Below are positions 40,901-57,600 of a stretch of 64,000 nt of DNA, piece by piece. Position 1 is the first letter of the stretch; every line of letters begins with the position of its first letter. Position numbers and translations under genes: made by a program. Location: NCBI GenBank assembly GCA_964057225.1, contig OZ059895.1, positions 22,072,001 to 22,136,000 on the forward strand. Direction: 5' to 3'. Under the pieces are notes generated by a model. The model was given only the letters and a program-made list of their open reading frames with translations, searched no databases and had not been told where the DNA came from. This DNA comes from Auanema rhodensis (taxonomy: Eukaryota; Animalia; Nematoda).

Positions 40901-43900
40901 TATTGGTGCATGGTAACCATGACTTTGAAATTTACGTGAACTTTAATTTATGCTAATTAAGTGTACACATGATGTGCACTTGGTATGTAACTCGCTTCAC
41001 GTGAAAGATGAAGAGATGCGGTTTTCAAAATTAGATTCCTCATGTCCATATTAGTCTAAAAACGAATTTTTATCGATATTGGTGCATGGTAACCATGACT
41101 TTGAAATTTACGTGAACTTTAATTTATGCTTATTAAGTGTACACGTGATGTGCACTTGGTATGTAACTCGCTTCACGTGAAAGATAAAGGGATGCGGTTT
41201 TCAAAATTAGATTCCCCATGTCCATATTAGTCTAAAAACAAATTTTTATTGATATTGGTGCATGGTAACCATGACTTTGAAATTTACGTGAACTTTAATT
41301 TATGCTAATTAAGTGTACACATGATGTGCACTTGGTATGTAACTCGCTTCACGTGAAAGATGAAGAGATGCGGTTTTCAAAATTAGATTCCCCATTTCCA
41401 TATTAGTCTAAAAACAAATTTTTATTGATATGGGTGCATGGTAACCATGACTTTGAAATTTACGTGAACTTTAATTTATGCTAATTAAGTGTACACATGA
41501 TGTGCGCTTGGTATGTAACTCGCTTCACGTGAAAGATAAAGAGATGCGGTTTTCAAAATTAGATTCCCCATTTCCATGTTAGTCTAAAAACAAATTTTTA
41601 TTGATATTGGTGCATGGCAACCATGACTTTAAAATTTACGTGAACTTTAATTTATGCTAATTAAGTGTACACATGATGTGCACTTGGTATGTAACTCGCT
41701 TCACGTCAAAGATAAAGAGATGCGGTTTTCAAAATTAGATTCCCCATGTCCATATTAGTCTAAAAACAAATTTTTATTAATATTGGTGCATGGTAACCAT
41801 GACTTTGAAATTTACGTGAACTTTAATTTATGCTAATTAAGTGTACACATGATGTGCACTTGGTATGTAACTCGCTTCACGTGAAAGATGAAGAGATGCG
41901 GTTTTCAAAATTAGATTCCCCATTTCCATGTTAGTCTAAAAACAAATTTTTATTGATATTGGTGCATGGCAACCATGACTTTAAAATTTACGTGAACTTT
42001 AATTTATGCTAATTAAGTGTACACATGATGTGCACTTGGTATGTAACTCGCTTCACGTCAAAGATAAAGAGATGCGGTTTTCAAAATTAGATTCCCCATG
42101 TCCATATTAGTCTAAAAACAAATTTTTATTGATATTGGTGCATGGTAACCATGACTTTGAAATTTACGTGAACTTTAATTTATGCTAATTAAGTGTACAC
42201 ATGATGTGCGCTTGGTATGTAACTCGCTTCACGTGAAAGATAAAGAGATGCGGTTTTCAAAATTAGATTCCCCATTTCCATATTAGTCTAAAAACAAATT
42301 TTTATTGATATTGGTGCATGGCAACCATGACTTTAAAATTTACGTGAACTTTAATTTATGCTAATTAAGTGTACACATGATGTGCACTTGGTATGTAACT
42401 CGCTTCACGTCAAAGATAAAGAGATGCGGTTTTCAAAATTAGATTCCCCATGTCCATATTAGTCTAAAAACAAATTTTTATTAATATTGGTGCATGGTAA
42501 CCATGACTTTGAAATTTACGTGAACTTTAATTTATGCTAATTAAGTGTACACATGATGTGCACTTGGTATGTAACTCGCTTCACGTGAAAGATGAAGAGA
42601 TGCGGTTTTCAAAATTAGATTCCTCATGTCCATATTAGTCTAAAAACGAATTTTTATTGATATTGGTGCATGGTAACCATGACTTTGAAATTTACGTGAA
42701 CTTTAATTTATGCTTATTAAGTGTACACGTGATGTGCACTTGGTATGTAACTCGCTTCACGTGAAAGATAAAGGGATGCGGTTTTCAAAATTAGATTCCC
42801 CATGTCCATATTAGTCTAAAAACAAATTTTTATTGATATTGGTGCATGGTAACCATGACTTTGAAATTTACGTGAACTTTAATTTATGCTAATTAAGTGT
42901 ACACATGATGTGCACTTGGTATGTAACTCGCTTCACGTGAAAGATGAAGAGATGCGGTTTTCAAAATTAGATTCCCCATTTCCATATTAGTCTAAAAACA
43001 AATTTTTATTGATATGGGTGCATGGTAACCATGACTTTGAAATTTACGTGAACTTTAATTTATGCTAATTAAGTGTACACATGATGTGCGCTTGGTATGT
43101 AACTCGCTTCACGTGAAAGATAAAGAGATGCGGTTTTCAAAATTAGATTCCCCATTTCCATGTTAGTCTAAAAACAAATTTTTATTGATATTGGTGCATG
43201 GCAACCATGACTTTAAAATTTACGTGAACTTTAATTTATGCTAATTAAGTGTACACATGATGTGCACTTGGTATGTAACTCGCTTCACGTCAAAGATAAA
43301 GAGATGCGGTTTTCAAAATTAGATTCCCCATGTCCATATTAGTCTAAAAACAAATTTTTATTAATATTGGTGCATGGTAACCATGACTTTGAAATTTACG
43401 TGAACTTTAATTTATGCTAATTAAGTGTACACATGATGTGCACTTGGTATGTAACTCGCTTCACGTGAAAGATGAAGAGATGCGGTTTTCAAAATTAGAT
43501 TCCCCATTTCCATATTAGTCTAAAAACGAATTTTTATCGATATTGGTGCATGGTAACCATGACTTTGAAATTTACGTGAACTTTAATTTATGCTAATTAA
43601 GTGTACACATGATGTGCACTTGGTATGTAACTCGCTTCACGTGAAAGATAAAGAGATGCGGTTTTCAAAATTAGATTCCCCATGTCCATATTAGTCTAAA
43701 AACAAATTTTTATTGATATTGGTGCATGGTAACCATGACTTTGAAATTTACGTGAACTTTAATTTATGCTAATTAAGTGTACACATGATGTGCACTTGGT
43801 ATGTAACTCGCTTCACGTCAAAGATAAAGAGATGCGGTTTTCAAAATTAGATTCCCCATTTCCATATTAGTCTAAAAACAAATTTTTATTGATATTGGTG

Positions 43901-46900
43901 CATGGCAACCATGACTTTAAAATTTACGTGAACTTTAATTTATGCTAATTAAGTGTACACATGATGTGCACTTGGTATGTAACTCGCTTCACGTCAAAGA
44001 TAAAGAGATGCGGTTTTCAAAATTAGATTCCTCATGTCCATATTAGTCTAAAAACGAATTTTTATTGATATTGGTGCATGGTAACCATGACTTTGAAATT
44101 TACGTGAACTTTAATTTATGCTAATTAAGTGTACACATGATGTGCACTTGGTATGTAACTCGCTTCACGTGAAAGATGAAGAGATGCGGTTTTCAAAATT
44201 GGATTCCTCATGTCCATATTAGTCTAAAAACGAATTTTTATTGATATTGGTGCATGGTAACCATGACTTTGAAATTTACGTGAACTTTAATTTATGCTTA
44301 TTAAGTGTACACGTGATGTGCACTTGTTATGTAACTCGCTTCACGTGAAAGATAAAGGAATGCGGTTTTCAAAATTAGATTCCCCATGTCCATATTAGTC
44401 TAAAAACAAATTTTTATTGATATTGGTGCATGGTAACCATGACTTTGAAATTTACGTGAACTTTAATTTATGCTAATTAAGTGTACACATGATGTGCACT
44501 TGGTATGTAACTCGCTTCACGTGAAAGATGAAGAGATGCGGTTTTCAAAATTAGATTCCCCATGTCCATATTAGTCTAAAAACAAATTTTTATTGATATT
44601 GGTGCATGGTAACCATGACTTTGAAATTTACGTGAACTTTAATTTATGCTAATTAAGTGTACACATGATGTGCACTTGGTATGTAACTCGCTTCACGTCA
44701 AAGATAAAGAGATGCGGTTTTCAAAATTAGATTCCCCATGTCCATATTAGTCTAAAAACAAATTTTTATTAATATTGGTGCATGGTAACCATGACTTTGA
44801 AATTTACGTGAACTTTAATTTATGCTAATTAAGTGTACACATGATGTGCACTTGGTATGTAACTCGCTTCACGTGAAAGATGAAGAGATGCGGTTTTCAA
44901 AATTAGATTCCTCATGTCCATATTAGTCTAAAAACGAATTTTTATCGATATTGGTGCATGGTAACCATGACTTTGAAATTTACGTGAACTTTAATTTATG
45001 CTAATTAAGTGTACACATGATGTGCGCTTGGTATGTAACTCGCTTCACGTGAAAGATAAAGAGATGCGGTTTTCAAAATTAGATTCCCCATTTCCATATT
45101 AGTCTAAAAACAAATTTTTATTGATATTGGTGCATGGCAACCATGACTTTAAAATTTACGTGAACTTTAATTTATGCTAATTAAGTGTACACATGATGTG
45201 CACTTGGTATGTAACTCGCTTCACGTCAAAGATAAAGAGATGCGGTTTTCAAAATTAGATTCCCCATGTCCATATTAGTCTAAAAACAAATTTTTATTAA
45301 TATTGGTGCATGGTAACCATGACTTTGAAATTTACGTGAACTTTAATTTATGCTAATTAAGTGTACACATGATGTGCACTTGGTATGTAACTCGCTTCAC
45401 GTGAAAGATGAAGAGATGCGGTTTTCAAAATTAGATTCCTCATGTCCATATTAGTCTAAAAACGAATTTTTATTGATATTGGTGCATGGTAACCATGACT
45501 TTGAAATTTACGTGAACTTTAATTTATGCTTATTAAGTGTACACGTGATGTGCACTTGGTATGTAACTCGCTTCACGTGAAAGATAAAGGGATGCGGTTT
45601 TCAAAATTAGATTCCCCATGTCCATATTAGTCTAAAAACAAATTTTTATTGATATTGGTGCATGGTAACCATGACTTTGAAATTTACGTGAACTTTAATT
45701 TATGCTAATTAAGTGTACACATGATGTGCACTTGGTATGTAACTCGCTTCACGTGAAAGATGAAGAGATGCGGTTTTCAAAATTAGATTCCCCATTTCCA
45801 TATTAGTCTAAAAACAAATTTTTATTGATATGGGTGCATGGTAACCATGACTTTGAAATTTACGTGAACTTTAATTTATGCTAATTAAGTGTACACATGA
45901 TGTGCGCTTGGTATGTAACTCGCTTCACGTGAAAGATAAAGAGATGCGGTTTTCAAAATTAGATTCCCCATTTCCATGTTAGTCTAAAAACAAATTTTTA
46001 TTGATATTGGTGCATGGCAACCATGACTTTAAAATTTACGTGAACTTTAATTTATGCTAATTAAGTGTACACATGATGTGCACTTGGTATGTAACTCGCT
46101 TCACGTCAAAGATAAAGAGATGCGGTTTTCAAAATTAGATTCCCCATGTCCATATTAGTCTAAAAACAAATTTTTATTAATATTGGTGCATGGTAACCAT
46201 GACTTTGAAATTTACGTGAACTTTAATTTATGCTAATTAAGTGTACACATGATGTGCACTTGGTATGTAACTCGCTTCACGTGAAAGATGAAGAGATGCG
46301 GTTTTCAAAATTAGATTCCCCATCTCCATATTAGTCTAAAAACGAATTTTTATCGATATTGGTGCATGGTAACCATGACTTTGAAATTTACGTGAACTTT
46401 AATTTATGCTAATTAAGTGTACACATGATGTGCACTTGGTATGTAACTCGCTTCACGTGAAAGATAAAGAGATGCGGTTTTCAAAATTAGATTCCCCATG
46501 TCCATATTAGTCTAAAAACAAATTTTTATTAATATTGGTGCATGGTAACCATGACTTTGAAATTTACGTGAACTTTAATTTATGCTAATTAAGTGTACAC
46601 ATGATGTGCACTTGGTATGTAACTCGCTTCACGTGAAAGATGAAGAGATGCGGTTTTCAAAATTAGATTCCTCATGTCCATATTAGTCTAAAAACGAATT
46701 TTTATTGATATTGGTGCATGGTAACCATGACTTTGAAATTTACGTGAACTTTAATTTATGCTTATTAAGTGTACACGTGATGTGCACTTGGTATGTAACT
46801 CGCTTCACGTGAAAGATAAAGGGATGCGGTTTTCAAAATTAGATTCCCCATGTCCATATTAGTCTAAAAACAAATTTTTATTGATATTGGTGCATGGTAA

Positions 46901-49900
46901 CCATGACTTTGAAATTTACGTGAACTTTAATTTATGCTAATTAAGTGTACACATGATGTGCACTTGGTATGTAACTCGCTTCACGTGAAAGATGAAGAGA
47001 TGCGGTTTTCAAAATTAGATTCCTCATGTCCATATTAGTCTAAAAACGAATTTTTATTGATATTGGTGCATGGTAACCATGACTTTGAAATTTACGTGAA
47101 CTTTAATTTATGCTTATTAAGTGTACACGTGATGTGCACTTGGTATGTAACTCGCTTCACGTGAAAGATAAAGGGATGCGGTTTTCAAAATTAGATTCCC
47201 CATGTCCATATTAGTCTAAAAACAAATTTTTATTGATATTGGTGCATGGTAACCATGACTTTGAAATTTACGTGAACTTTAATTTATGCTAATTAAGTGT
47301 ACACATGATGTGCACTTGGTATGTAACTCGCTTCACGTCAAAGATAAAGAGATGCGGTTTTCAAAATTAGATTCCCCATGTCCATATTAGTCTAAAAACA
47401 AATTTTTATTAATATTGGTGCATGGTAACCATGACTTTGAAATTTACGTGAACTTTAATTTATGCTAATTAAGTGTACACATGATGTGCACTTGGTATGT
47501 AACTCGCTTCACGTGAAAGATGAAGAGATGCGGTTTTCAAAATTAGATTCCCCATCTCCATATTAGTCTAAAAACGAATTTTTATCGATATTGGTGCATG
47601 GTAACCATGACTTTGAAATTTACGTGAACTTTAATTTATGCTAATTAAGTGTACACATGATGTGCACTTGGTATGTAACTCGCTTCACGTGAAAGATAAA
47701 GAGATGCGGTTTTCAAAATTAGATTCCCCATGTCCATATTAGTCTAAAAACAAATTTTTATTAATATTGGTGCATGGTAACCATGACTTTGAAATTTACG
47801 TGAACTTTAATTTATGCTAATTAAGTGTACACATGATGTGCACTTGGTATGTAACTCGCTTCACGTGAAAGATGAAGAGATGCGGTTTTCAAAATTAGAT
47901 TCCTCATGTCCATATTAGTCTAAAAACGAATTTTTATTGATATTGGTGCATGGTAACCATGACTTTGAAATTTACGTGAACTTTAATTTATGCTTATTAA
48001 GTGTACACGTGATGTGCACTTGGTATGTAACTCGCTTCACGTGAAAGATAAAAGGATGCGGTTTTCAAAATTAGATTCCCCATGTCCATATTAGTCTAAA
48101 AACAAATTTTTATTGATATTGGTGCATGGTAACCATGACTTTGAAATTTACGTGAACTTTAATTTATGCTAATTAAGTGTACACATGATGTGCACTTGGT
48201 ATGTAACTCGCTTCACGTGAAAGATGAAAAGATGCGGTTTTCAAAATTAGATTCCCCATGTCCATATTAGTCTAAAAACAAATTTTTATTGATATTGGTG
48301 CATGGTAACCATGACTTTGAAATTTACGTGAACTTTAATTTATGCTAATTAAGTGTACACATGATGTGCACTTGGTATGTAACTCGCTTCACGTGAAAGA
48401 TAAAGAGATGCGGTTTTCAAAATTAGATTCCTCATGTCCATATTAGTCTAAAAACGAATTTTTATCGATATTGGTATATGGCAACCATGACTTTGAAATT
48501 TACGTGAACTTTAATTTATGCTAATTAAGTGTACACATGATGTGAACTTGGTATGTAACTCGCTTCACGTCAAAGATAAAGAGATGCGGTTTTCAAAATT
48601 AGATTCCTCATGTCCATATTAGTCTAAAAACGAATTTTTATCGATATTGGTGCATGGCAACCATGACTTTGAAATTTACGTGAACTTTAATTTATGCTAA
48701 TTAAGTGTACACATGATGTGAACTTGGTATGTAACTCGCTTCACGTGAAAGATGAAAAGATGCGGTTTTCAAAATTAGATTCCCCATGTCCATATTAGTC
48801 TAAAAACAAATTTTTATTGATATTGGTGCATGGTAACCATGACTTTGAAATTTACGTGAACTTTAATTTATGCTAATTAAGTGTACACATGATGTGAACT
48901 TGGTATGTAACTCGCTTCACGTCAAAGATAAAGAGATGCGGTTTTCAAAATTAGATTCCTCATGTCCATATTAGTCTAAAAACAAATTTTTATTAATATT
49001 GGTGCATGGTAACCATGACTTTGAAATTTACGTGAACTTTAATTTATGCTAATTAAGTGTACACATGATGTGCACTTGGTATGTAACTCGCTTCACGTGA
49101 AAGATGAAGAGATGCGGTTTTCAAAATTAGATTCCCCATTTCCATATTAGTCTAAAAACGAATTTTTATCGATATTGGTGCATGGTAACCATGACTTTGA
49201 AATTTACGTGAACTTTAATTTATGCTAATTAAGTGTACACATGATGTGCGCTTGGTATGTAACTCGCTTCACGTGAAAGATAAAGAGATGCGGTTTTCAA
49301 AATTAGATTCCCCATTTCCATATTAGTCTAAAAACAAATTTTTATTGATATTGGTGCATGGCAATCATGACTTTAAAATTTACGTGAACTTTAATTTATG
49401 CTAATTAAGTGTACACATGATGTGCACTTGGTATGTAACTCGCTTCACGTCAAAGATAAAGAGATGCGGTTTTCAAAATTAGATTCCCCATGTCCATATT
49501 AGTCTAAAAACAAATTTTTATTAATATTGGTGCATGGTAACCATGACTTTGAAATTTACGTGAACTTTAATTTATGCTAATTAAGTGTACACATGATGTG
49601 CACTTGGTATGTAACTCGCTTCACGTGAAAGATGAAGAGATGCGGTTTTCAAAATTAGATTCTTCATGTCCATATTAGTCTAAAAACAAATTTTTATTAA
49701 TATTGGTGCATGGTAACCATGACTTTGAAATTTACGTGAACTTTAATTTATGCTAATTAAGTGTACACATGATGTGCACTTGGTATGTAACTCGCTTCAC
49801 GTGAAAGATGAAGAGATGCGGTTTTCAAAATTAGATTCCTCATGTCCATATTAGTCTAAAAACGAATTTTTATTGATATTCGTGCATGGTAACCATGACT

Positions 49901-51678
49901 TTGAAATTTACGTGAACTTTAATTTATGCTAATTAAGTGTACACATGATGTGCACTTGGTATGTAACTCGCTTCACGTGAAAGATGAAGAGATGCGGTTT
50001 TCAAAATTAGATTCCCCATTTCCATATTAGTCTAAAAACAAATTTTTATTGATATGGGTGCATGGTAACCATGACTTTGAAATTTACGTGAACTTTAATT
50101 TATGCTAATTAAGTGTACACATGATGTGCGCTTGGTATGTAACTCGCTTCACGTGAAAGATAAAGAGATGCGGTTTTCAAAATTAGATTCCCCATTTCCA
50201 TATTAGTCTAAAAACAAATTTTTATTGATATTGGTGCATGGCAACCATGACTTTAAAATTTACGTGAACTTTAATTTATGCTAATTAAGTGTACACATGA
50301 TGTGCACTTGGTATGTAACTCGCTTCACGTCAAAGATAAAGAGATGCGGTTTCCAAAATTAGATTCCCCATGTCCATATTAGTCTAAAAACAAATTTTTA
50401 TTAATATTGGTGCATGGTAACCATGACTTTGAAATTTACGTGAACTTTAATTTATGCTAATTAAGTGTACACATGATGTGCACTTGGTATGTAACTCGCT
50501 TCACGTGAAAGATGAAGAGATGCGGTTTTCAAAATTAGATTCCTCATGTCCATATTAGTCTAAAAACGAATTTTTATCGATATTGGTGCATGGTAACCAT
50601 GACTTTGAAATTTACGTGAACTTTAATTTATGCTAATTAAGTGTACACATGATGTGCACTTGGTATGTAACTCGCTTCACGTGAAAGATAAAGAGATGCG
50701 GTTTTCAAAATTAGATTCCCCATTTCCATGTTAGTCTAAAAACAAATTTTTATTGAAATTGGTGCATGGTAACCATGACTTTGAAATTTACGTGAACTTT
50801 AATTTATGCTAATTAAGTGTACACATGATGTGCGCTTGGTATGTAACTCGCTTCACGTGAAAGATAAAGAGATGCGGTTTTCAAAATTAGATTCCCCATT
50901 TCCATATTAGTCTAAAAACAAATTTTTATTGATATTGGTGCATGGCAACCATGACTTTAAAATTTACGTGAACTTTAATTTATGCTAATTAAGTGTACAC
51001 ATGATGTGCACTTGGTATGTAACTCGCTTCACGTCAAAGATAAAGAGATGCGGTTTTCAAAATTAGATTCCCCATGTCCATATTAGTCTAAAAACAAATT
51101 TTTATTAATATTGGTGCATGGTAACCATGACTTTGAAATTTACGTGAACTTTAATTTATGCTAATTAAGTGTACACATGATGTGCACTTGGTATGTAACT
51201 CGCTTCACGTGAAAGATAAAGAGATGCGGTTTTCAAAATTAGATTCCTCATGTCCATATTAGTCTAAAAACGAATTTTTATCGATATTGGTGCATGGTAA
51301 CCATGACTTTGAAATTTACGTGAACTTTAATTTATGCTAATTAAGTGTACACATGATGTGCACTTGGTATGTAACTCGCTTCACGTGAAAGATAAAGAGA
51401 TGCGGTTTTCAAAATTAGATTCCCCATTTCCATGTTAGTCTAAAAACAAATTTTTATTGAAATTGGTGCATGGTAACCATGACTTTGAAATTTACGTGAA
51501 CTTTAATTTATGCTAATTAAGTGTACACATGATGTGCGCTTGGTATGTAACTCGCTTCACGTGAAAGATAAAGAGATGCGGTTTTCAAAATTAGATTCCC
51601 CATTTCCATATTAGTCTAAAAACAAATTTTTATTGATATTGGTGCATGGCAACCATGACTTTAAAATTTACGTGAACT

Positions 51679-54600
51679 TTAATTTATGCTAATTAAGTGT
51701 ACACATGATGTGCACTTGGTATGTAACTCGCTTCACGTCAAAGATAAAGAGATGCGGTTTTCAAAATTAGATTCCCCATGTCCATATTAGTCTAAAAACA
51801 AATTTTTATTAATATTGGTGCATGGTAACCATGACTTTGAAATTTACGTGAACTTTAATTTATGCTAATTAAGTGTACACATGATGTGCACTTGGTATGT
51901 AACTCGCTTCACGTGAAAGATAAAGAGATGCGGTTTTCAAAATTAGATTCCTCATGTCCATATTAGTCCAAAAACGAATTTTTATTGATATTGGTGCATG
52001 GTAACCATGACTTTGAAATTTACGTGAACTTTAATTTATGCTTATTAAGTGTACACGTGATGTGCACTTGGTATGTAACTCGCTTCACGTGAAAGACAAA
52101 AAAGGATGCGGTTTTCAAAATTAGATTCCCCATGTCCATATTAGTCTAAAAACAAATTTTTATTGATATTGGTGCATGGTAACCATGACTTTGAAATTTA
52201 CGTGAACTTTAATTTATGCTAATTAAGTGTACACATGATGTGCACTTGGTATGTAACTCGCTTCACGTGAAAGATAAAGAGATGCGGTTTTCAAAATTAG
52301 ATTCCCCATTTCCATATTAGTCTAAAAACAAATTTTTATTGATATTGGTGCATGGCAACCATGACTTTGAAATTTACGTGAACTTTAATTTATGCTAATT
52401 AAGTGTACACATGATGTGCACTTGGTATGTAACTCGCTTCACGTCAAAGATAAAGAGATGCGGTTTCCAAAATTAGATTCCCCATGTCCATATTAGTCTA
52501 AAAACAAATTTTTATTAATATTGGTGCATGGTAACCATGACTTTGAAATTTACGTGAACTTTAATTTATGCTAATTAAGTGTACACATGATGTGCACTTG
52601 GTATGTAACTCGCTTCACGTGAAAGATGAAGAGATGCGGTTTTCAAAATTAGATTCCTCATGTCCATATTAGTCTAAAAACGAATTTTTATCGATATTGG
52701 TGCATGGTAACCATGACTTTGAAATTTACGTGAACTTTAATTTATGCTAATTAAGTGTACACATGATGTGCACTTGGTATGTAACTCGCTTCACGTGAAA
52801 GATAAAGAGATGCGGTTTTCAAAATTAGATTCCCCATTTCCATGTTAGTCTAAAAACAAATTTTTATTGATATTGGTGCATGGTAACCATGACTTTGAAA
52901 TTTACGTGAACTTTAATTTATGCTAATTAAGTGTACACATGATGTGCGCTTGGTATGTAACTCGCTTCACGTGAAAGATAAAGAGATGCGGTTTTCAAAA
53001 TTAGATTCCCCATTTCCATATTAGTCTAAAAACAAATTTTTATTGATATTGGTGCATGGCAACCATGACTTTAAAATTTACGTGAACTTTAATTTATGCT
53101 AATTAAGTGTACACATGATGTGCACTTGGTATGTAACTCGCTTCACGTCAAAGATAAAGAGATGCGGTTTTCAAAATTAGATTCCCCATGTCCATATTAG
53201 TCTAAAAACAAATTTTTATTAATATTGGTGCATGGTAACCATGACTTTGAAATTTACGTGAACTTTAATTTATGCTAATTAAGTGTACACATGATGTGCA
53301 CTTGGTATGTAACTCGCTTCACGTGAAAGATGAAGAGATGCGGTTTTCAAAATTAGATTCCTCATGTCCATATTAGTCTAAAAACGAATTTTTATTGATA
53401 TTGGTGCATGGTAACCATGACTTTGAAATTTACGTGAACTTTAATTTATGCTTATTAAGTGTACACGTGATGTGCACTTGGTATGTAACTCGCTTCACGT
53501 GAAAGACAAAAAAGGATGCGGTTTTCAAAATTAGATTCCCCATGTCCATATTAGTCTAAAAACAAATTTTTATTGATATTGGTGCATGGTAACCATGACT
53601 TTGAAATTTACGTGAACTTTAATTTATGCTAATTAAGTGTACACATGATGTGCACTTGGTAAGTAACTCGCTTCACGTGAAAGATGAAAAGATGCGGTTT
53701 TCAAAATTAGATTCCCCATGTCCATATTAGTCTAAAAACAAATTTTTATTGATATTGGTGCATGGTAACCATGACTTTGAAATTTACGTGAACTTTAATT
53801 TATGCTAATTAAGTGTACACATGATGTGCACTTGGTATGTAACTCGCTTCACGTCAAAGATAAAGAGATGCGGTTTTCAAAATTAGATTCCCCATGTCCA
53901 TATTAGTCTAAAAACAAATTTTTATTAATATTGGTGCATGGTAACCATGACTTTGAAATTTACGTGAACTTTAATTTATGCTAATTAAGTGTACACATGA
54001 TGTGAACTTGGTATGTAACTCGCTTCACGTGAAAGATGAAGAGATGCGGTTTTCAAAATTAGATTCCTCATCTCCATATTAGTCTAAAAACGAATTTTTA
54101 TCGATATTGGTGCATGGTAACCATGACTTTGAAATTTACGTGAACTTTAATTTATGCTAATTAAGTGTACACATGATGTGCGCTTGGTATGTAACTCGCT
54201 TCACGTGAAAGATAAAGAGATGCGGTTTTCAAAATTAGATTCCCCATTTCCATATTAGTCTAAAAACAAATTTTTATTGATATTGGTGCATGGCAACCAT
54301 GACTTTAAAATTTACGTGAACTTTAATTTATGCTAATTAAGTGTACACATGATGTGCACTTGGTATGTAACTCGCTTCACGTCAAAGATAAAGAGATGCG
54401 GTTTTCAAAATTAGATTCCCCATGTCCATATTAGTCTAAAAACAAATTTTTATTAATATTGGTGCATGGTAACCATGACTTTGAAATTTACGTGAACTTT
54501 AATTTATGCTAATTAAATGTACACATGATGTGCACTTGGTATGTAACTCGCTTCACGTGAAAGATGAAGAGATGCGGTTTTCAAAATTAGATTCCTCATG

Positions 54601-57600
54601 TCCATATTAGTCTAAAAACGAATTTTTATTGATATTGGTGCATGGTAACCATGACTTTGAAATTTACGTGAACTTTAATTTATGCTTATTAAGTGTACAC
54701 GTGATGTGCACTTGGTATGTAACTCGCTTCACGTGAAAGACAAAAAAGGATGCGGTTTTCAAAATTAGATTCCCCATGTCCATATTAGTCTAAAAACAAA
54801 TTTTTATTGATATTGGTGCATGGCAACCATGACTTTAAAATTTACGTGAACTTTAATTTATGCTAATTAAGTGTACACATGATGTGCACTTGGTATGTAA
54901 CTCGCTTCACGTCAAAGATAAAGAGATGCGGTTTTCAAAATTAGATTCCCCATGTCCATATTAGTCTAAAAACAAATTTTTATTAATATTGGTGCATGGT
55001 AACCATGACTTTGAAATTTACGTGAACTTTAATTTATGCTAATTAAGTGTACACATGATGTGCACTTGGTATGTAACTCGCTTCACGTGAAAGATAAAGA
55101 GATGCGGTTTTCAAAATTAGATTCCTCATGTCCATATTAGTCCAAAAACGAATTTTTATTGATATTGGTGCATGGTAACCATGACTTTGAAATTTACGTG
55201 AACTTTAATTTATGCTTATTAAGTGTACACGTGATGTGCACTTGGTATGTAACTCGCTTCACGTGAAAGACAAAAAAGGATGCGGTTTTCAAAATTAGAT
55301 TCCCCATGTCCATATTAGTCTAAAAACAAATTTTTATTGATATTGGTGCATGGTAACCATGACTTTGAAATTTACGTGAACTTTAATTTATGCTAATTAA
55401 GTGTACACATGATGTGCACTTGGTATGTAACTCGCTTCACGTGAAAGATAAAGAGATGCGGTTTTCAAAATTAGATTCCCCATTTCCATATTAGTCTAAA
55501 AACAAATTTTTATTGATATTGGTGCATGGCAACCATGACTTTGAAATTTACGTGAACTTTAATTTATGCTAATTAAGTGTACACATGATGTGCACTTGGT
55601 ATGTAACTCGCTTCACGTCAAAGATAAAGAGATGCGGTTTCCAAAATTAGATTCCCCATGTCCATATTAGTCTAAAAACAAATTTTTATTAATATTGGTG
55701 CATGGTAACCATGACTTTGAAATTTACGTGAACTTTAATTTATGCTAATTAAGTGTACACATGATGTGCACTTGGTATGTAACTCGCTTCACGTGAAAGA
55801 TGAAGAGATGCGGTTTTCAAAATTAGATTCCTCATGTCCATATTAGTCTAAAAACGAATTTTTATCGATATTGGTGCATGGTAACCATGACTTTGAAATT
55901 TACGTGAACTTTAATTTATGCTAATTAAGTGTACACATGATGTGCACTTGGTATGTAACTCGCTTCACGTGAAAGATAAAGAGATGCGGTTTTCAAAATT
56001 AGATTCCCCATTTCCATGTTAGTCTAAAAACAAATTTTTATTGATAATGGTGCATGGTAACCATGACTTTGAAATTTACGTGAACTTTAATTTATGCTAA
56101 TTAAGTGTACACATGATGTGCGCTTGGTATGTAACTCGCTTCACGTGAAAGATAAAGAGATGCGGTTTTCAAAATTAGATTCCCCATTTCCATATTAGTC
56201 TAAAAACAAATTTTTATTGATATTGGTGCATGGCAACCATGACTTTAAAATTTACGTGAACTTTAATTTATGCTAATTAAGTGTACACATGATGTGCACT
56301 TGGTATGTAACTCGCTTCACGTCAAAGATAAAGAGATGCGGTTTTCAAAATTAGATTCCCCATGTCCATATTAGTCTAAAAACAAATTTTTATTAATATT
56401 GGTGCATGGTAACCATGACTTTGAAATTTACGTGAACTTTAATTTATGCTAATTAAGTGTACACATGATGTGCACTTGGTATGTAACTCGCTTCACGTGA
56501 AAGATGAAGAGATGCGGTTTTCAAAATTAGATTCCTCATGTCCATATTAGTCTAAAAACGAATTTTTATTGATATTGGTGCATGGTAACCATGACTTTGA
56601 AATTTACGTGAACTTTAATTTATGCTTATTAAGTGTACACGTGATGTGCACTTGGTATGTAACTCGCTTCACGTGAAAGACAAAAAAGGATGCGGTTTTC
56701 AAAATTAGATTCCCCATGTCCATATTAGTCTAAAAACAAATTTTTATTGATATTGGTGCATGGTAACCATGACTTTGAAATTTACGTGAACTTTAATTTA
56801 TGCTAATTAAGTGTACACATGATGTGCACTTGGTAAGTAACTCGCTTCACGTGAAAGATGAAAAGATGCGGTTTTCAAAATTAGATTCCCCATGTCCATA
56901 TTAGTCTAAAAACAAATTTTTATTGATATTGGTGCATGGTAACCATGACTTTGAAATTTACGTGAACTTTAATTTATGCTAATTAAGTGTACACATGATG
57001 TGCACTTGGTATGTAACTCGCTTCACGTCAAAGATAAAGAGATGCGGTTTTCAAAATTAGATTCCCCATGTCCATATTAGTCTAAAAACAAATTTTTATT
57101 AATATTGGTGCATGGTAACCATGACTTTGAAATTTACGTGAACTTTAATTTATGCTAATTAAGTGTACACATGATGTGAACTTGGTATGTAACTCGCTTC
57201 ACGTGAAAGATGAAGAGATGCGGTTTTCAAAATTAGATTCCTCATGTCCATATTAGTCTAAAAACGAATTTTTATCGATATTGGTGCATGGTAACCATGA
57301 CTTTGAAATTTACGTGAACTTTAATTTATGCTAATTAAGTGTACACATGATGTGCGCTTGGTATGTAACTCGCTTCACGTGAAAGATAAAGAGATGCGGT
57401 TTTCAAAATTAGATTCCCCATTTCCATATTAGTCTAAAAACAAATTTTTATTGATATTGGTGCATGGCAACCATGACTTTAAAATTTACGTGAACTTTAA
57501 TTTATGCTAATTAAGTGTACACATGATGTGCACTTGGTATGTAACTCGCTTCACGTCAAAGATAAAGAGATGCGGTTTTCAAAATTAGATTCCCCATGTC